A stretch of DNA of 64,000 bases from an uncultured Pelagibacteraceae bacterium. Its GTDB lineage: Bacteria > Pseudomonadota > Alphaproteobacteria > Pelagibacterales > Pelagibacteraceae. A model generated the notes under the pieces. It did no database searches and was not told the origin of the DNA. It saw nothing but the letters and a program-made list of their open reading frames with translations. Shown in pieces: positions 59,888 through 64,000 of this stretch. Location of the stretch: assembly GCA_902574725.1 (NCBI GenBank), contig CACGPA010000001.1, positions 2,946-66,945 on the forward strand, read 5' to 3'. Made by a program: the position numbers and the translations under genes. Every line of letters starts with the position of its first letter. Position 1 is the stretch's first letter.

Positions 59888-61835
59888 TTAATTCTTTAAT
59901 ATTTGTATATTCCTTTAAAACTTCAGGATTTGCCAGTGCTTCTTTGTTTTTAATTACATTTCCCTCTATTATATTTTTAACAGCTAATTCAACTATTTTT
60001 CCATTTTTTGTTCTAGGTATATCGGTAACACTGATAATTTTTGCGGGCACGTGTCTTGGCGAAGCATTTATTCTTATTTGTTTTTTAATTTTTATCACTA
60101 AATCACTATTTAAGTCATAACCTTTATTTAAAATTATAAATAATATAATCCTTATATCGTTATCCCAAGTTTGACCAACCGCTATGGATTCTTTTATCTG
60201 TTTAAATTTTTCAACTTCTGAATAAATTTCTGCTGTACCCAGTCTGACACCACCCGGATTAAGAGTAGCATCTGATCTTCCATGGATTATATAGCCACCA
60301 GATCTTTTAACTTCGGCATAATCACCATGATGCCATATGTTTTTAAATCTTTGAAAATATGCTTTCTCAAATTTTTTATTATTTTTATCATTCCAGAATT
60401 TTATAGGCATTGATGGGAAAGGTTTTTTACAAACGAATTCACCTTTTTTATTTTTAATAGATTTTCCTTTTTCATTAAAAATATCAATATCCATACCTAA
60501 TCCTTTATTCTGTATTTCTCCTGTAATTACTGGTGTATAAATATTGCCAAGTACAAAACATGAAACGATATCTGTGCCACCTGAAATGGATGCAAGATGT
60601 ACATCTTTTTTTATTTTTTTATAGATATAATTAAATCCATCTTTTGATAATGGTGATCCAGTTGAGCAAATAGTTCTTAAAAAATTAAGTTTATATTTTT
60701 TATGAGTTGTAATATTAAATTTTCTTAATGCGTCAATGTATTTTGCACTAATTCCAAACAAAGTTATTTTTTCGTCATCAACAATTTTTAGAAGTAAATC
60801 TTTTTTTTTATACATAGGAAAACCATCAAAAAGAACAATGGATGCCTTTGAGCATAAGCCACTTACTAGCCAGTTCCACATCATCCAACCGCAAGTAGTA
60901 AAATAAAATATATTATCTTTTTCTTTAATTTCACAATGTAATTGATGTTCTTTAAGATGTTGAAGTAAAACGCCTCCACTTCTGTGACATATGCATTTTG
61001 GTTTACCTGTTGTTCCACTAGAATATAGAATTGCCAACTCTGAATTAAAATTAAATTTCTTAAATATATTGTTTGAAGGTTCTATTTTTTTTATATCTAT
61101 CCAGTAATGATATTTAATATTCTTAATTTTTTTACTTCTAATTAATTTTTGACCAGGATAATTAAGTATAACAACATGTTTAATTGATTTAATTTTTTTT
61201 AAAATCTCAGGCAATCTTTCTATTACATTAATTTCTTTTCCACTATAAAAATATCTATCTGCAATTATTAGTATTTTTGGATTTATTTGAGTAAATCTTT
61301 CTATAACTCCTTTTGCTCCAAAATCTGGTGAACAAGATGACCATATTCCACCAATTGCTGAAGTTGCTACAAAATATTCAACAGTTTCAATTAAATTAGG
61401 TAAATACGCTGCTACTCTATCGCCTTTTTTAATTTTTATTTTTTCAAAAAAACTAACAATTTTTCTTACATTTTTATTTAATTCTCTCCATGATCTTACT
61501 TCTTTAAAACCATTTTCACTTATAAATGTTATTGCTTTAGAGTTATCATTTTTAGAAAGTATATTATCTGCAAAATTTAATTTATTTTTTGGAAGAAAAT
61601 TATTTTTGTAAAATATTTTAGATTTAATAACTCTTATATTGCCTTTACTTCCTTTAACTTTACAAAAATCCCAAATTGAGTCCCAAAAATTACCTGGATT
61701 TTTTATACTCCAATTTAGTATTTTATTATAATTAAGACCAAACTTAATTTTATATTTTAGATTAAGAAATCGCTCGTATTTATATAAATTAGAATTTAAT
61801 ATTTGTTTTTTTGATGCTGACCACAATTTTTTCAT
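59880..61835 (-). CDS. Acetoacetate--CoA ligase
   Basis: WSSCSPDFG, YSSGTTGKPKCI, FTTCGWMMWNWL, SISGGTD, WHHGD, GRSDATLNPGGVRLGTAE, ALANPE. Confidence 0.92.
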   Translation of the reverse strand: MKKLWSASKKQILNSNLYKYERFLNLKYKIKFGLNYNKILNWSIKNPGNFWDSIWDFCKVKGSKGNIRVIKSKIFYKNNFLPKNKLNFADNILSKNDNSKAITFISENGFKEVRSWRELNKNVRKIVSFFEKIKIKKGDRVAAYLPNLIETVEYFVATSAIGGIWSSCSPDFGAKGVIERFTQINPKILIIADRYFYSGKEINVIERLPEILKKIKSIKHVVILNYPGQKLIRSKKIKNIKYHYWIDIKKIEPSNNIFKKFNFNSELAILYSSGTTGKPKCICHRSGGVLLQHLKEHQLHCEIKEKDNIFYFTTCGWMMWNWLVSGLCSKASIVLFDGFPMYKKKDLLLKIVDDEKITLFGISAKYIDALRKFNITTHKKYKLNFLRTICSTGSPLSKDGFNYIYKKIKKDVHLASISGGTDIVSCFVLGNIYTPVITGEIQNKGLGMDIDIFNEKGKSIKNKKGEFVCKKPFPSMPIKFWNDKNNKKFEKAYFQRFKNIWHHGDYAEVKRSGGYIIHGRSDATLNPGGVRLGTAEIYSEVEKFKQIKESIAVGQTWDNDIRIILFIILNKGYDLNSDLVIKIKKQIRINASPRHVPAKIISVTDIPRTKNGKIVELAVKNIIEGNVIKNKEALANPEVLKEYTNIKELND

Positions 61836-61882
61836 TAGCAAATTTTATTTTATAAGATGAATTTATATGATATAGTGGTTTA

Positions 61883-61909
61883 AAAGCGATACATAACTCG
61901 TCGTCATTT
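61883..61909. repeat. Copy 1 of a 27-nt non-coding direct repeat
   Basis: AAAGCGATACATAACTCGTCGTCATTT; matches 63163-63189 at 25/27 positions. Confidence 0.85.
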
Positions 61910-62030
61910 AATAGAAAAGTATTTGCTTAAATACATGAGATGGGGAACTAAAATCGCTACCTAATGTTATAAGTCCAATTCTTGGGTTACTTTTATTAAT
62001 GAATTTAGGATTTATTTTATTTAATTTCAT
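61908..62030 (-). pseudogene. 5' remnant of a second EutA/maleate-isomerase-family gene
   Basis: Translates MKLNKINPKFINKSNPRIGLITLGSDF-SSPSHVFKQILFY*. The first 27 aa match the N-terminus of 54419-55165 (MDLKKIKPQFIKKPNPRIGLIALASDF) at 19/27 positions, then similarity stops. Confidence 0.8.
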
Positions 62031-62036
62031 AAATTA

Positions 62037-63104
62037 TTATAACAATGCCTTATTTAATATATCTTCAACACATCCAAATAACACCTCATAACCTTTTTTA
62101 TTTGGATGACTATCATATTTGTAAAAATTGTTGATATCATTATTAAAATCACACTCAAAATGTTGTGATTTTTTTTGATTTATATAATCTCTTGTATAAA
62201 TAGAATTATAGCTATTCCCACTTAAAATCTCCCCTTTTTGTTTAAGTCTAATAAATAAGATATTTTTTTCATATTTTTCTATTAAATTGCCAATTGATTT
62301 AAGGTTAGAAATTTTTTTTTTATTTTTTGATTTATAAAACTTATCTTTCAAAAATTTATGTGGATAATAAAAAACACTAAGTTCAGACAAATATTTTTTC
62401 ACTAATCTACGATAATATTTAAAAGTTTTTTTATGCTTTGTATTGCTCTTTACTCTTTTTGATTTTAAAAAATTAAGGTGTTCATATATGTTGCTTTGAT
62501 TAAAACCATAAAAATTTTCATATCCTTTACAATTTGAATGATCTTTGAGGCAATTTATTACATCGTTATTATGATTAAATATATCTCTACGTAAATTATC
62601 ACCAATATATAATACTATAACCTTTTTAAGATTATAATCTTTGGATATATATTCTTCTAATAATTCAAATTGGCTAAATCCTGCGCCCATAATTCCACCA
62701 TTTATAACTTGATAATTCTTATAAGTTCCTTCAAATTTATTCATCCACGCTTCATGTCCACTTCCTTCAGTAAACGAGTCACCTAAAAATAATATTGACT
62801 CCTTATTTTGATCAATGTCATTTTTTTGAACTAGCCCATAGTTATTAGTTTGAACTGTATAACTGTATTCTTCTATAAAATGATTATTTACATCATAAAA
62901 AACTTTTGACGTAATTTTACTGTTAGGGTGATATTTAAAGATTTTACCAATATTTTTAAAAACATCTCCTTCTGAGAACAGCATATATCTTTGAAATGCT
63001 ATATTTTTTTTATTTTTATCTCCCAAAACAAAATCAAGAGCTAATTCTGCAAAAAATAAGGTGATTAATAAAGTGACTACGCTTAAAAAAATATTTTTTT
63101 TCAT
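62037..63104 (-). CDS. Membrane-anchored SGNH/GDSL-like hypothetical protein
   Basis: N-terminal TM; FLGDSFTEG (block I), NGGIMG, YIGDN, DSHPN (block V). Confidence 0.7.
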   Translation of the reverse strand: MKKNIFLSVVTLLITLFFAELALDFVLGDKNKKNIAFQRYMLFSEGDVFKNIGKIFKYHPNSKITSKVFYDVNNHFIEEYSYTVQTNNYGLVQKNDIDQNKESILFLGDSFTEGSGHEAWMNKFEGTYKNYQVINGGIMGAGFSQFELLEEYISKDYNLKKVIVLYIGDNLRRDIFNHNNDVINCLKDHSNCKGYENFYGFNQSNIYEHLNFLKSKRVKSNTKHKKTFKYYRRLVKKYLSELSVFYYPHKFLKDKFYKSKNKKKISNLKSIGNLIEKYEKNILFIRLKQKGEILSGNSYNSIYTRDYINQKKSQHFECDFNNDINNFYKYDSHPNKKGYEVLFGCVEDILNKALL

Positions 63105-63162
63105 TTAATTCAGCTTATAAATTCATTGTAAAACTACATTTATATTAATAATATAAATCTAT

Positions 63163-63189
63163 AAAGCGATATATAACTCGTCGTTATTT
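63163..63189. repeat. Copy 2 of the 27-nt non-coding direct repeat, in the leader of the LLM gene
   Basis: AAAGCGATATATAACTCGTCGTTATTT. Confidence 0.85.
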
Positions 63190-63243
63190 CTATACGAAAG
63201 TGGGATCGATCGTCTTTAAATATTGATATTTAAGGAGGCATAA

Positions 63244-64000
63244 GTGAAGTTTGGTTATTTTTGCAACACTACGAACTGGAACAAAAAACCTTATTTGCAA
63301 GTATTAGAGGAAGCTAGAGAAATAACAAAATACTGCGACCAAAATAATTGGAATTCAATCTGGTATACAGAGCATCACTTCAATCATGAAGGAATGGAAA
63401 ATTGTCCTAACCCACTTTTAATGAGCGCAGATGCTGCTGCCAGAACAAAACAAATAAGAATTGGACAAGCTTGCAATGTAATAACTTTTCACAATCCAAT
63501 AAGATTGGCTGAAGATATTGCTATGCTAGATCAAATGTCCAATGGAAGAGTGGAAGTTGGAATTGGAAGAGGAGTGTATGGAAGAGAGGCTATAAATATG
63601 AATGTAGAAGCAGATCTTAAAGATCAAGCAAAAAATTTTAGATTATTTGAAGAAACATTAACGATAATTAGAAAAGCTTGGACTGAGGATTTTTTCACTC
63701 ATAAAGGAGAATTTTATACTTACCCAACACCAAATTTTGTTTGGCAGCATGACATGAGTCCACCAAGTGATAAATTTTTAGATTTAAAAACGAATGAAAT
63801 AAAAAAAATTAGCGTAGTTCCAAAACCTTTTCAAAAACCTCATCCTCCTATTTCACAAGTTGTTGATGGAGAAAGATCTATACAATGGGCAGCTTCTAAT
63901 GGATTAAATACAATTATGTGGATACCAACAGTTAAAGCTTTAAAAAAACGTTTTGAAATTTACAAAGATGCAAAATCAAAAGCAGAGAATAGAGATGTAC
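63244..64000 (+). CDS. Luciferase-like (LLM class) flavin-dependent monooxygenase, runs off the window end
   Basis: Not in the ORF track. AAGGAGG RBS, then GTG; MKFGYFCN...WYTEHHF...PNP...RIG...HNPIRLAEDIAMLDQMSNGRVEVGIGRG...PKPFQKPHPP. Confidence 0.9.
   Translation, partial: MKFGYFCNTTNWNKKPYLQVLEEAREITKYCDQNNWNSIWYTEHHFNHEGMENCPNPLLMSADAAARTKQIRIGQACNVITFHNPIRLAEDIAMLDQMSNGRVEVGIGRGVYGREAINMNVEADLKDQAKNFRLFEETLTIIRKAWTEDFFTHKGEFYTYPTPNFVWQHDMSPPSDKFLDLKTNEIKKISVVPKPFQKPHPPISQVVDGERSIQWAASNGLNTIMWIPTVKALKKRFEIYKDAKSKAENRDV

Noticed and set aside
61885-61958. Long-range AGCGAT/ATCGCT pairing closing a large RNA structure
   Set aside because: The 3' arm is the Ser-Asp codons of the eutA remnant on the other strand, so it is probably coincidental.
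61883-63189. Reading the direct repeats as a CRISPR array or an IS target-site duplication
   Set aside because: Only two copies 1.28 kb apart, with no cas, transposase or integrase gene and no terminal inverted repeats.
63163-63216. Resemblance to a purine riboswitch (ATATAA...TTTCTA)
   Set aside because: Too short, and lacks the P2/P3 loops (TATGG, CCGTAAA) and the three-way-junction spacing.

Overview
This is a very AT-rich, gene-dense bacterial window whose gene content and short intergenic spacers strongly suggest a SAR11 / Candidatus Pelagibacter-type marine alphaproteobacterium. About 2.3-32.2 kb is a methylated-amine/C1 island: soxBDAG (mgdABCD-like), fhs, tmm, the TMAO ABC transporter tmoXWV, tdm, an FAD amine oxidoreductase, a second divergent glutamine-synthetase-like gene, mgsABC, an atypical Amt, gmaS and dpaL. 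A small accessory islet at 32.2-34.2 kb holds two paralogous small membrane proteins and phage-type hypotheticals. It is followed by housekeeping genes (bamB-like, acnA, csaA, argE) and an organic-nitrogen uptake/catabolism block (NCS1, ALDH, speB, potABCD-like, DoeA/EutA-like genes with a TAXI-TRAP transporter, aminotransferase, acetoacetate-CoA ligase). The right end is rearranged, with an unannotated eutA gene remnant, a duplicated 27-nt non-coding motif and a truncated luciferase-like monooxygenase. I saw no rRNA, tRNA, CRISPR array, IS element or transcription-factor gene. The best novelty leads are (i) a candidate gamma-glutamylation route for the dimethylamine step, for which no canonical enzyme is present in the window, and (ii) an ectoine-like module that may end in diaminopropionate and then pyruvate. 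All functional calls come from motif recognition only; no database searches were run.
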